43,706 nucleotides of DNA from Octopus bimaculoides. Taxonomy: Eukaryota. Below are positions 24,483-35,425 of this stretch, one piece after another. The stretch is taken from contig NC_068990.1 in NCBI RefSeq assembly GCF_001194135.2, positions 66,037,707 to 66,081,412 on the forward strand, written 5' to 3'. The stretch's first letter is position 1. Each line of letters opens with the position of its first letter. Under the pieces are notes generated by a model. It was not told where the DNA came from. It worked only from the letters and a program-made list of their open reading frames with translations, and made no database searches. The translations under genes were made by a program, and so were the position numbers.

Positions 24483-24984
24483 GCGCGGCGCGCAAACACT
24501 CACGACCACACGCAGGCACATAAACACAACACGCAAAACACACACACACACACACACGTGTGTGTAGGGGCCATGCTTTTATATGCATATATGTTAATGT
24601 TTGTTCGTATGTAAAAGCATATACATAAAACCAATTTAACACTAAATTGTAGAATGGTTCAATACTTTTTAGTAGAGTACATATCTATCATAACACTCAC
24701 GGAAAAGGTTACAGTGGCTTTGAAGTTTCGGTTTGTTCGGATTCATCATTATATATTATATATTATATTATATTTATTTTAATATATATATATATATAAG
24801 ACAAAACTCGACGCTTTCGTCTCCACGATACCAGACGAACCAATGGCTCGAAATGAGACACAGTTTAGGGCAGCGATGTCAAATTCTCTTATACACCAGA
24901 TGTGCCATCAAAACTCTTGATTGGACTATATCAAGTGCAGGAGAAGAGCCATGCAAGGAACGTGAAGAGAGCAAAGCATAAAGA

Positions 24985-25059
24985 CAGAAAATCACTGTGG
25001 TGCTCCAGCATGACCACAGCCACTTGGCTGAAACCCATAAATAAATAAATAAATAAATA
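24985..25059 (+). mobile_element. SINE family B extreme 3' end with (TAAA)n tail
   Basis: 'ggtgctccagcatgaccacagccacttggctgaaac' followed by (TAAA)n. Confidence 0.7.
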
Positions 25060-25254
25060 NNNNNNNNNNNNNNNNNNNNNNNNNNNNNNNNNNNNNNNNN
25101 NNNNNNNNNNNNNNNNNNNNNNNNNNNNNNNNNNNNNNNNNNNNNNNNNNNNNNTATATATATATATATGTATGTATGTACATGTGTGTGTGTGTATGTG
25201 TATGTGTATGTATGTACATGTGTGTGAGCGGCTCGGTTGTGAAAGTCTGTCTGT

Positions 25255-25660
25255 TTATCTCTCTCTCTCTCTGTCATTGCGGATTCCATTCCTTCGACTC
25301 TGCCATTCCACCCATATACCAGAATGTCCTGTCCTCTTTCTGTGTTTTTCTCTCCCTCAGGTCACTACCTCCTCTTCTCCACCTGCATTTTCTCCCTACC
25401 AATTCCACTTCCTCACTCCTCCTCCTCTCTCTCTTTTTTCCTTGTAACCTGAATTCTTGTCCTTCTTCCTTATCTTCCCATCCTCCAAACCCTTCTACCT
25501 CCCTTCTCCTCCTCCTCACTTTCCCCTCTTACTCCCTTATCCTCCTCGCTTCGCCTTTCCTTCCCCACTCTTCATCCTCTCTCATCCTCTTTTTACCCTC
25601 TTCCACCTATCCTCATGCTCTCCTATTCCTTCTCATTTCCTCTTTTCAACTCCTCTTTCG
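25255..25660. repeat. degenerate C/T-rich (CTT/CCT) low-complexity tract
   Basis: Direct reading. Confidence 0.9.
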
Positions 25661-25661
25661 T

Positions 25662-25700
<39 letters not shown>

Positions 25701-25765
25701 GTACTACTACTACTGCTGCTGCTGTTGGTGCTGCTACTAGTGCTGCTGTTACTACTACTACTACA

Positions 25766-25830
<65 letters not shown>
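25660..25830. repeat. (CTA)n trinucleotide repeat with a (CTG) insert
   Basis: Direct reading. Explains the poly-T and poly-L ORFs. Confidence 0.96.
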
Positions 25831-26069
25831 ATCTTACCGAAGTTACTATTGTTGCCTAGGATTAATAGTAATAATAGTAGTGTATTGATGTAGTATCATT
25901 AGGAGCAGTAGCAGCAGTAGTAGTAATACAAGTACACACATATTGTATTAACGCCTTAGCTAGCTGCCGGCGACAATTTCCACAGAAGTCAGGTATGTAA
26001 TCAAGCAGAGTCTAACTGATCAGATGAGATTATTAGATCAGAGCCAACGTTACGTACCTTACGGCTTGT

Positions 26070-26156
26070 AAGATGGCGGTAGTGATGGTGAGGGTAGGTG
26101 CCGGAGTCGGAGGAGAAAGAACCTAACGATGCTAATGTATGAACGGCCGCCATATT
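26070..26156. promoter_or_regulatory. pair of YY1-consensus sites (CCGCCATNTT) in opposite orientation
   Basis: AAGATGGCGG at 26070-26079 and CCGCCATATT at 26147-26156. Motif match only, function unproven. Confidence 0.3.
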
Positions 26157-27416
26157 TTCCTTTTGTTATCTTTATTAAAACGATCCGTTATACCTTAGCT
26201 TGTTATTTTTCCTATACCAAAATGCACTGCAGCCTGGTAAAACTTCCTTTTGTTAAATACTTTTCCGTTTGTGTCATGTCATGTCACGTCACGTTTTCTG
26301 GAAGTGAATGGATCAACTTGAGTCTTGCGTGGGAGACTGTGTGGTTTAATTAGGTAACAACGGGGTACTCGAGAATATGTTGGAACGGACTCAGTGGGAG
26401 AATATAGCAGTGTCTACTTCTCTCTCTCTCTCTCTCTCTCTCTCTTTCACTGTCTCTCTCGTACATACATGCAAATATATATATATATATATATACAGGT
26501 ATGTTTATGTTTACATGATATGTGAGAATACATGCCATCATACAGTTATGCATACACGCATATAGACATAAACATTTGAACATATACAAGCTTAACGGTA
26601 TAATATATATGTATGTGTTTGTATCTATGTATTAGTAAGTAGACAGGCATCCTATATTAGCGCAAATATAAACTCGTGTGTGAAATGACATGAACAATGC
26701 TAAATCTTAATAGGAGAGTCAGTGCACAAACACATTGGCATGCTTGCATATGCGTATCTGTAGGTATGTATCTATATATATGTTATATTATAAATAGATT
26801 TTCCTATATATATATATATATATATATATATNNNNNNNNNNNNNNNNNNNNNNNNNNNNNNNNNNNNNNNNNNNNNNNNNNNNNNNNNNNNNNNNNNNNN
26901 NNNNNNNNNNNNNNNNNNNNNNNNNNNNNNNNNNNNNNNNNNNNNNNNNNNNNNNNNNNNNNNNNNNNNNNNNNNNNNNNNNNNNNNNNNNNNNNNNNNN
27001 NNNNNNNNNNNNNNNNNNNNNNNNNNNNNNNNNNNNNNNNNNNNNNNNNNNNNNNNNNNNNNNNNNNNNNNNNNNNNNNNNNNNNNNNNNNNNNNNNNNN
27101 NNNNNNNNNNNNNNNNNNNNNNNNNNNNNNNNNNNNNNNNNNNNNNNNNNNNNNNNNNNNNNNNNNNNNNNNNNNNNNNNNNNNNNNNNNNNNNNNNNNN
27201 NNNNNNNNNNNNNNNNNNNNNNNNNNNNNNNNNNNNNNNNNNNNNNNNNNNNNNNNNNNNNNNNNNNNNNNNNNNNNNNNNNNNNNNNNNNNNNNNNNNN
27301 NNNNNNNNNNNNNNNNNNNNNNNNNNNNNNNNNNNNNNNNNNNNNNNNNNNNNNNNNNNNNNNNNNNNNNNNNNNNNNNNNNNNNNNNNNNNNNNNNNNN
27401 NNNNNNNNNNNNNNNN

Positions 27417-27460
<44 letters not shown>

Positions 27461-27556
27461 CCACTCTCACACACACACACACACACAGACACACGCAGAA
27501 ACACACACACATACACACACACACACACTCTCACACACACACACACACGCATAAAC

Positions 27557-28088
27557 AAGGACCCGATGTGAATTGTTTCGCTTGAATGTGACTTACTTTC
27601 GGGTGCTTTTTACACTAGGCGCACAGTGATTATATTCTCTTACGCCCAGAATCCGCAGCCGACCCATGAAGGAACAACACAACTACCTTGTGTATGTGTG
27701 TTCCATTTTGTTTATATAATTCGAGCTGCTTCTAATTCATATTTAAATTATTTTTCGTGGCATGAAACGATGGAACATTCCAGAAGATGGTGTCTAAACC
27801 ATTTAGCATATAGTCATAGTCAGCGATATGACTTGTAGCGGGCGTTTTTCGGTATGCGGTATTGATAAATCAAAACAAGTACGAAACATCGATGTTTATC
27901 GCTCCGAGAAAGGTCCTTATGTGAGTTGTCTCGCTTGACTGCAACTTCTTGTCAAGTGATTTTTTTTTTTTGTACCAAGCGCCTGAAAACCGTAGCCGAC
28001 CCACGAACTAACGACAACACACATATATTGTGTACGTGCGTTCGATTGTGTTTATATACCTCGAGCAGCTTCTAATTCATATTTGAAT
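27557..28088. repeat. diverged direct repeat, ~190 bp (27557-27748) and ~180 bp (27910-28088)
   Basis: Shared blocks: aagg.cc..atgtga.ttgt.tcgcttga; gcc...aa.ccg.agccgaccca.gaa; tttatata..tcgagc.gcttctaattcatattt.aat. Confidence 0.88.
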
Positions 28089-28091
28089 ATA

Positions 28092-28245
28092 CACGACAGG
28101 CTTCTTTCTGTTTCCACTCACAAGACTTTGGTTGGCCCAAGGCTATAATAGAAGACACTTGCCCGGGGTACCAGGCAGTGAGACTAAACTCAAAACATGT
28201 GGTTGAGAAGCAAGCTTCTTACCACAGAGCCACGCCTGCGCCTAT
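28092..28245 (-). mobile_element. SINE family B head
   Basis: 'acgacaggcttc...tggcccaaggctataatagaagacacttgccc...gaagcaagcttcttaccac' is homologous to 31848-32005. Confidence 0.85.
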
Positions 28246-28269
28246 ATATATAGGGTTTCCAGTTTTTCA

Positions 28270-28812
28270 AGTATCCATGATTATCTCCTTTTGCGCCCTG
28301 CCATTCAAAGTAGATCTTACACATGGTTCCAGCAAGGTGGGCAGTTGCTCATACTGCAAGAGAAACAATATAGTTGCTACAGCAGTGCTTTGGGGAGAGA
28401 ATAATCTCCCGATACAGTAATGTTAACTGGCTTTCACATTCCCCAGACTTGACTCGCCCGGATTTTATTCTTGTGGGGATACGTGAAAGAGAGAGTTTAT
28501 GTGAAGAAACCGGAGACCCTGGTGCAACTGAAGGAGAACATCAACAGAGAAATCAGAGAAGTAGGATCCGAAACTCTTGAGGGTGATATGGTGCAAGTTT
28601 TAGAAAGAGCACGGTCATGCGAAGCCGAAAATAGCTGTCAGTTAAGCGATGTCATTTTTCATATGTGATGTAGAAGCGTTGCAGAATTTGACTCATGTAT
28701 ATTAATTTCCATGATATCCTTCATATTGTATTAAGATTTCATACCTTAATTTGTAAAGTTAAGGAAATTATTAAAAATTAAAACCCATCAGTTACTTTTG
28801 GGACACACTGTA
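28270..28812 (+). mobile_element. Tc1/mariner transposase 3' fragment, DD41D (rosa/Visitor-type) spacing, with right TIR
   Basis: After correcting two frameshifts: WFQQ[G for D]GAVAHTARET..LLQQCFGERIISRYSNVNWLSHSPDLTRP[D]F.LWGYVKERVYVKKPETLVQLKENI. I count 41 residues between the second and third catalytic positions. The end 'ttttgggacacactg|TA' is the reverse complement of CAGTGTGTCCCAAAA plus a TA target. Confidence 0.85.
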
Positions 28813-29899
28813 GATATGTATACATATATATGTTTGTGTGTGTGTGTGTGGTTTACACACACTCTCACACGCGTATTCATCCATGCTTATGCATGTATCA
28901 CTTGAAGCTGTTTTACGTTGCCGATTGTTCAGACGAATTATATAAGGACAAGCGTTATGGCAACATATAAGCAGTAAGTCCACAAAATATATTTTTGCCG
29001 GACGAATACCGCAGTTCAAATGTCTTTTCGAGAGGTATGCACACGAAATATGGTTCACAGATGGATATTTTAATCTTAATTGTTACTCATAACAGATAAG
29101 CAGAAATAGTTCATCCAGTTTCTCTTCCGTAAGATATGTTCAATTATCAATCGTTTCCCTGTCGTAGGATATATCCTATCATAAACAATTGTACATACAT
29201 ATATTCAAGCACTACATTCGTAAGCATTGTGTGGAAGCTTCTTGTCACAATGGTCGGTTGTGAAGTTGGTTAAGGTGCCTATTTCATGTGATTACTGATG
29301 GATGTGTTGTAAATAGTATTGAAATTCCCAGGATTGTGTGTATTTCATTACGGCGTTATTGTACGTATTATTTACATTGTCAATTTGACTAAATTAAGTT
29401 TATGGTTAGTATTAGAAAAGATAACACTTTGAGTAACGTCTTCAACGTGTCTTCATTGAATTTATAATCGTTATTTTGTTTTCTTAACTATAAATCTGTT
29501 AAAATAGAATTCGTGGAATCTACGTATGATCTACGATGGCAAAGTATAATCTAGAGTGAGATTTCATTAGTTTCGATATTTTCAACTTGCTCTACTGCGC
29601 AACTTATTCCACCATATTTACCGCTACTGGAGAAATGGCAACTGTCAACCCAGCCGTGTTACGGGAAGGTGGTGAAACGATTTTCATGATGACACAATAA
29701 AAAAATAAATAAATAAATAAAACCAAGCTTTGTCAACACAGTCTTTTGTAATTTCATTAGTACTAGAGGTCCCCAATCACCGAGTCGCCCACCAATAACG
29801 GGCAGTATATCATTTGGTACCAGGTCGTCCAGGAACAATAAATTTTTATTGACTCATAGTCTGCTGGACGTTTCTGTGTTATTTGTGCATTATATATTT

Positions 29900-30383
29900 A
29901 ATAGGCATTGCTTTAAATCACTTGATTCTCGGTTCAGTCCCACTACCTGGTACACGGGGTAAGTATCTTTTACTATAACATCGGGCCGACCAGAGTTTGT
30001 GAGTGGTTTTCTATATTTATATATACACGTGTGTGTGTTTGTGTTGGTGTGTGTGTGCATGCGTGTGCCCGTGTGTATGTGTGTGTGCACGTCACGCACG
30101 TGTATATGTGTGTGTTTGCGTGCGTGCGTGTATGTGAGTGGGTGTGTGTATGTGTGTGCGTATTATGTATGTGTACATATGTATGTGTTTGTGTGTGCAT
30201 GCGTGTCTTTGTATCTGTATTTGTCCGCCACCGCAGATTCACAACCTGTGCTGGTGTGTTTACATCTCCGTAACTTAGCAGTTCAACAAAAGAAACGGCT
30301 AGAATAAGTAACAAGTATCAGGGTCGATTCATTCGATTAAAATTCTTCAAGGTGAACGACAGAAACAAGTAAAAGATGAAAGA
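29900..30383 (+). mobile_element. SINE family B, full length with internal (GT)-rich microsatellite
   Basis: Head 'ggttcagtcccactacctggtacacggggtaagtatcttttactataacatcgggccgacc', a GT tract, then tail 'gtgtttacatctccgtaacttagcagttc...tagaataagta...cagggtcgattcattcga'. Confidence 0.85.
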
Positions 30384-30404
30384 TATATATCATATTTGCA
30401 CCAT

Positions 30405-30531
30405 ATTTGTTGTTGTTGGCACTCCGTCGCTTACGACGTCGAGGGTTCCAGTTGATCCAATCAACGGAACAGCCTGCTCGTGAAATTAACGTGCAAGTGG
30501 CTGAGCACTCCACAGATACGTGTACCCTTAA
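30405..30531 (-). mobile_element. interspersed repeat 3' end (SINE-like, fourth family), cut by a gap
   Basis: Reverse complement ends '...ctggaaccctcgacgtcgtaagcgacggagtgccaacaacaac' with an (AAC)n tail. I recall this as an abundant octopus repeat; single copy here, unverified. Confidence 0.55.
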
Positions 30532-30541
30532 NNNNNNNNNN

Positions 30542-30724
30542 TTCATCATCCTCATCTCCACCATCTTCGTCGGGACACCATCTTAACAACGACAACCACC
30601 ATAATCATTACCATTACCACCACCATCACCACCACTACCGAATACGAAGATGACTACCACCACCACCTTTCACCACGACCACTACAATCACCACCACCAT
30701 CGTCACTACGAAGATTACCACCAC

Positions 30725-30783
<59 letters not shown>

Positions 30784-30812
30784 CGATGATGATGATGATC
30801 ATCATCATCATC
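30542..30812. repeat. (CAC/CAT)-rich then (GAT)n(CAT)n trinucleotide tract
   Basis: Direct reading. Explains the poly-D/H and poly-I ORFs. Confidence 0.95.
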
Positions 30813-31539
30813 AATTTTGTAATGACTTTAATTAAATGAAATTTATTAGATCCGCAGATTTTCGTTTCTGTCGCTTGAACTTTCAAACTTTCAATGTTTC
30901 TATCAGTTAAAGATTGGAATCTTTTCATATAATCAGCTTATCAATATCTTATAGCGCATGTCCTAGTATAGTGTCCTTTATTGACGCCTTACTTAATAAT
31001 TTTCCTGGAAGTGTATTGAAGTTCAAGCGAGGGAAGGGGTGTCTAGAGTTATCATGACAATCACTTCAATACATAGATTATCAAGGTGATGCCCGTGACG
31101 GGGTGCGATTTTGAGTAAATGCCTAATCAATTACTACATCAAACAGCTATTGAATTTGGTACATCAATCCACTTTTTATTCTTGAAATGTAACTGAGTTT
31201 ATGGAACTCCAGAAAGTAATAAGCTAAAGTCGATCTTACTAGGATTATAATTTTATAATAATTTCGACCATACATCGATAAATCCTTATTGATGTATCGA
31301 TCGCTATATAATTGAATTCTTTTGAACAGCTCTGTAGGATTCTGTTATAGTGACTGAAGGTGAATATACTATAGAAGATTGTTTGATTTTTACAGATAAT
31401 TAAAGACCAACATATTTTCATAGAAAACAAACTGGATCCGATATGTTGAAGCTGTCCCTATAGATCGGGCTGTAGGAAAAGTTTGGTATAGAAAAAACTA
31501 GGAAAGGAGGCGATAATGTAAATTAAGAGAAAATTTATT

Positions 31540-32010
31540 TTTTGCTTCTTTCAGTCAATTGATCGCGGCCATGCTAGGGCACCGCCTTGAAAGGGTTTAG
31601 TCGATGAAAAATCGACACCTTTTGTCAGTCTGGTACTTGTTCTCACGTTTTCTTTTGTTAAACCGCTAAGTCACGATGATATAAACAAACCAATGCTGGT
31701 TGTAAACCTGTGGTGGAGTGGAAACACAAATTCACACACACGCACCCAAACACAAATTAACACACACGCACTCATACACACACACACGCGCACACACACA
31801 CACACGCGCACACACCCACACCACACACACACACACACACACACACACGACAGGCTTCTACATAGTTCCCGCCCACAAAATTCGCTTTGAAATGCATTGA
31901 GTCGGCCCAGGCTATAGTAGAAAACATTTGCCCGAGGTGCGGCGCAGTGAGAATGAAAACGAAACCACGTGGTTCCAAAGTGAACTCGTTAACCATAAAG
32001 CCTTGCCTGT
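31540..32010 (-). mobile_element. SINE family B, full length with internal (CA)n
   Basis: Reverse complement of tail ('gcggccatgctagggcaccgccttgaaag...gtctggtacttg...ccgctaagtcac'), then (CA)n, then reverse complement of head ('acgacaggcttc...gtcggcccaggctatagtagaaaacatttgcccgaggtgc'). Confidence 0.87.
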
Positions 32011-33456
32011 GCCTCTCTATTCACAAATCGTTACTTATGCGCAGAACAGCAAAATTCAAGACAGTGACTTGCATGTATTTTCTCTATACGAAACAATTTA
32101 TTCACAATTTGGCAGACACCAGCAATCAGCAGTGAATCATTTGTTTTCTGATTTCTATAGACAAAATGTTACATTATTATTAAGAGCATCATTCCCGGTG
32201 GGGGGGGGGACTTTAACTAAAGAGATACTGCAGTGTCTCAAAGTCTCCTTGCCTCAATGAACCACGTGCGTTGCGAGTTGAAATGAGACGATTTGACGCT
32301 GCTGTTTGGATGCAGACAATTTGGACATTCACCTGTCTTGGCGACAGTAGTTTTTCTCTGCACGAACGGGTGGCTATAAAATGTACAAATACACATAGAA
32401 AGTTTAACTGGGAGAGAGAGGGCGATAAAGAGAAGGAGAGAGAACAGACGTTACAATTTATTAATTGAACATGACTAACATAAATATTTCTCTCTCCTCA
32501 GAACGTAGAGAAATATACTCACATGTATATCATAAAAGAGAGGGTGAGAGAAATAGATGGAAGAAGAGCGGGAGGGATTGATGGAGAGAAAAGCATGAAG
32601 ACGAGAGAAATATTTAAACGAGAAAATCATTAAAACATCTGATGTCAAACAAGTCAATGCTGAATCAGTGACGCCAAACATATGAGTGACCCAAAACATA
32701 TAACACCAAACGTTTGAGTGACCCAAAACATATGAGTCAAAATCTCACATACTCGGTATGAACACATATTGTTTGAACAAGCAAGTTGTTCATCGTAGAC
32801 AATAGTGATTAGCGTACTCACTTAGAAATCTGCTGGAATGTATTAAAAATATGTACGCCATTATTTTCTGTATTCAGCTTTACCATTCTAAAATGCAACA
32901 AATAATTCACCATTTATTCTAAAATACGAAGAACGTCATTTTACTAATTTTAAAAATTTCACAACATTTTATCGAACTCTATATCAAACATATCTTCCGA
33001 CAGGTGTTAACACTTTTTTTGACGATAACATTTAATGTCTCCTCTGCTCTCATGTCTAACGTATTAATACACACATCACTGCTGTAGAATATTAACTCAT
33101 AGTAACAAGCATTTAAAATATCATGACTTGATATCTAGAAATGTCAAACACAGCCATTAAATTAAAACACAATATACGAGCTAAAATAAAATATAAAACA
33201 CGAAAAATAAAATTAAAAAAGCCCCAAAGAACCAAACAGTTTTCAGCAGACAGAGATCAGGTTAAGAGTATTGAGTAAAATACTTCAAAAGTCTCTCCAA
33301 TTAAGTTATAGTGGACAACAAGCATAATTGAATTTCTGGGGAAAATTTACAACAATTGTGACAATGGGAAAGAATATATTGAAACTACAGACAATGAAGT
33401 TATTTTCGTGTATGTTATAGATCCAACTGAAATTATCTCCCGAAGGTATAAGTGGA

Positions 33457-33506
<50 letters not shown>

Positions 33507-33986
33507 NNNNNNNNNNNNNNNNNNNNNNNNNNNNNNNNNNNNNNNNNNNNNNNNNNNNNNNNNNNNNNNNNNNNNNNNNNNNNNNNNNNNNNNNNNNNNN
33601 NNNNNNNNNNNNNNNNNNNNNNNNNNNNNNNNNNNNNNNNNNNNNNNNNNNNNNNNNNNNNNNNNNNNNNNNNNNNNNNNNNNNNNNNNNNNNNNNNNNN
33701 NNNNNNNNNNNNNNNNNNNNNNNNNNNNNNNNNNNNNNNNNNNNNNNNNNNNNNNNNNNNNNNNNNNNNNNNNNNNNNNNNNNNNNNNNNNNNNNNNNNN
33801 NNNNNNNNNNNNNNNNNNNNNNNNNNNNNNNNNNNNNNNNNNNNNNNNNNNNNNNNNNNNNNNNNNNNNNNNNNNNNNNNNNNNNNNNNNNNNNNNNNNN
33901 NNNNNNNNNNNNNNNNNNNNNNNNNNNNNNNNNNNNNNNNNNNNNNNNNNNNNNNNNNNNNNNNNNNNNNNNNNNNNNNNNNNNNN

Positions 33987-34022
<36 letters not shown>

Positions 34023-34081
34023 TGACCGTTGACTGAACACTTCAATTTTTTTTCTCCGTGTTTTTCTCCTTGTCTCCGTAT

Positions 34082-34118
34082 TCTTTCTGTTGAAGAGCGT
34101 AGCTCGAAACGTCAAAGA
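34082..34118 (+). ncRNA. minimal type-I hammerhead-ribozyme-like motif (variant core), within a ~160-bp repeat-like segment (~34040-34195)
   Basis: TCTTT-CTGTTGA-A-GAGC-GTA-GCTC-GAAA-C-GTC-AAAGA: stem I (5 bp), core with T at position 6, stem II (4 bp), GAAA, palindromic ACGT stem III and GUC triplet. Confidence 0.5.
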
Positions 34119-34868
34119 CTTTCCGTATTCCCGAGCGTCATACTAATATATACTTTTGTTATTTACACCACCTGTCCTCGTCTGTTGTTATTTTTTGTAT
34201 ATTCTCCCATATATATACACATGTACATATAAATATGTGTATATGTATATATATGTGTGCGTGTATGTTATATGTATGTATATAGATATACGCATGTAAA
34301 TATGTTTATATAGATATACAAATGTAGGCACGCGTGTCAACCGCTAAGACGTTTGAAATGACATAGGCCACATACAATCAGCTTACCAAATACTTTATAG
34401 CATTAAGTTTGATTAGGAGGAGGTTTACAACAAGTTCAAAGGAACAAATACAACGGTTCTTGCGTTACAATAGACAGAGAGACGCATCAAGTCGGAAGAG
34501 TAGTTTTTTAAATTTTTTTAAATTTTTGGTAATCAAACGATGAATGAAATGAAAGATTGGCCATAAAGTTAAGAGATATCTTTAGGGTCAGCTGCCTGTA
34601 AGGAATCTAAACTGGGCCGATTGAAGATACTGCTATACAGTCTAAGGAAGAATTGGATTTTTTGGTAATGAAACGGTGAAAGAAATGTAAGGTACCAATT
34701 ATTGTAGTGTCGACATCTTGTAGGCGGTATAATCAGGGCCGGCTAAAATACGACCAGATACACTCAGGAGTTGGCGATGTATTTAGTATGTATTAAAGAT
34801 TTTCTCAGAAATAGTAAGGGAAACTATGTAAGTATGAAATTAGATTATAGCATTTTGTTCTTATGTTT

Positions 34869-35010
34869 AAAGGCGATGAGCTATTAGAATCGTTAGCATT
34901 ACTTTGGCTTCCATTCCTCTGGATACGACAGAATAAAATACCATTCAAGTACTTGAGTCAATGTAATTGACTTGTCTTCTTCCCTTAGAATTGCTAGCTT
35001 TGAACCGTGC
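34869..35010 (+). mobile_element. SINE family A (large internal deletion)
   Basis: 'aaggcgatgagctattagaatcgttagca' joined to 'cttccattcctctggatacgacagaataaaataccattcaagtacttgagtcaatgtaattgacttg...gaattgctagc'. Confidence 0.7.
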
Positions 35011-35354
35011 CACGGTCTGGTGTCCCCTTTAACGAAATTTTGTGATGTCGATCACTTATACAGCATGGAAACCAGGCAAATGTCTTTATGAAACTTAGTG
35101 CTCAAGAGAGAACAAAGAATCCATTTATTTCTACTTCTAAAATTGTACGTGCAAGGACAGCAAAATTCCACAAGCGGCAGAGCACCAACAATCCTAGGAC
35201 TCGCCTTGTATATAATAGCTTTAGCTGGTAGTCAGCCTTGACGAAGATAAAGTATCGATAAAATTGTCGTTCCAAGCATGACCCTTTTGTTTATTTTCAA
35301 ACTAATATGTTAAGCATTATGTAATTATCAATGTCTTCAGTTTTGTTGGCAGTA

Positions 35355-35425
35355 GTGTATTTGGGTGAAATTTACTTTCTATTTTTAGCAGGTCGAGCAA
35401 ACCACGTGAAGCCTTCCCAGCTGGC
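35355..35425 (+). repeat. short interspersed repeat module, second copy at ~35990-36055
   Basis: 'ggtgaaatttactttctatttttagcaggtcgagcaaaccacgtgaag' vs 'ggggaaatttggttgcaatttctagcaggtctatcgaccatgtatagg'. Confidence 0.5.

Noticed and set aside
24840-24985. RCAIKTLDW resembling an RTE C-terminal motif
   Set aside because: Too short and degraded to call; likewise the similar trace at about 420-570.
32390-32402. TATAAAA box
   Set aside because: Expected many times by chance in AT-rich DNA, with no supporting Inr or exon.
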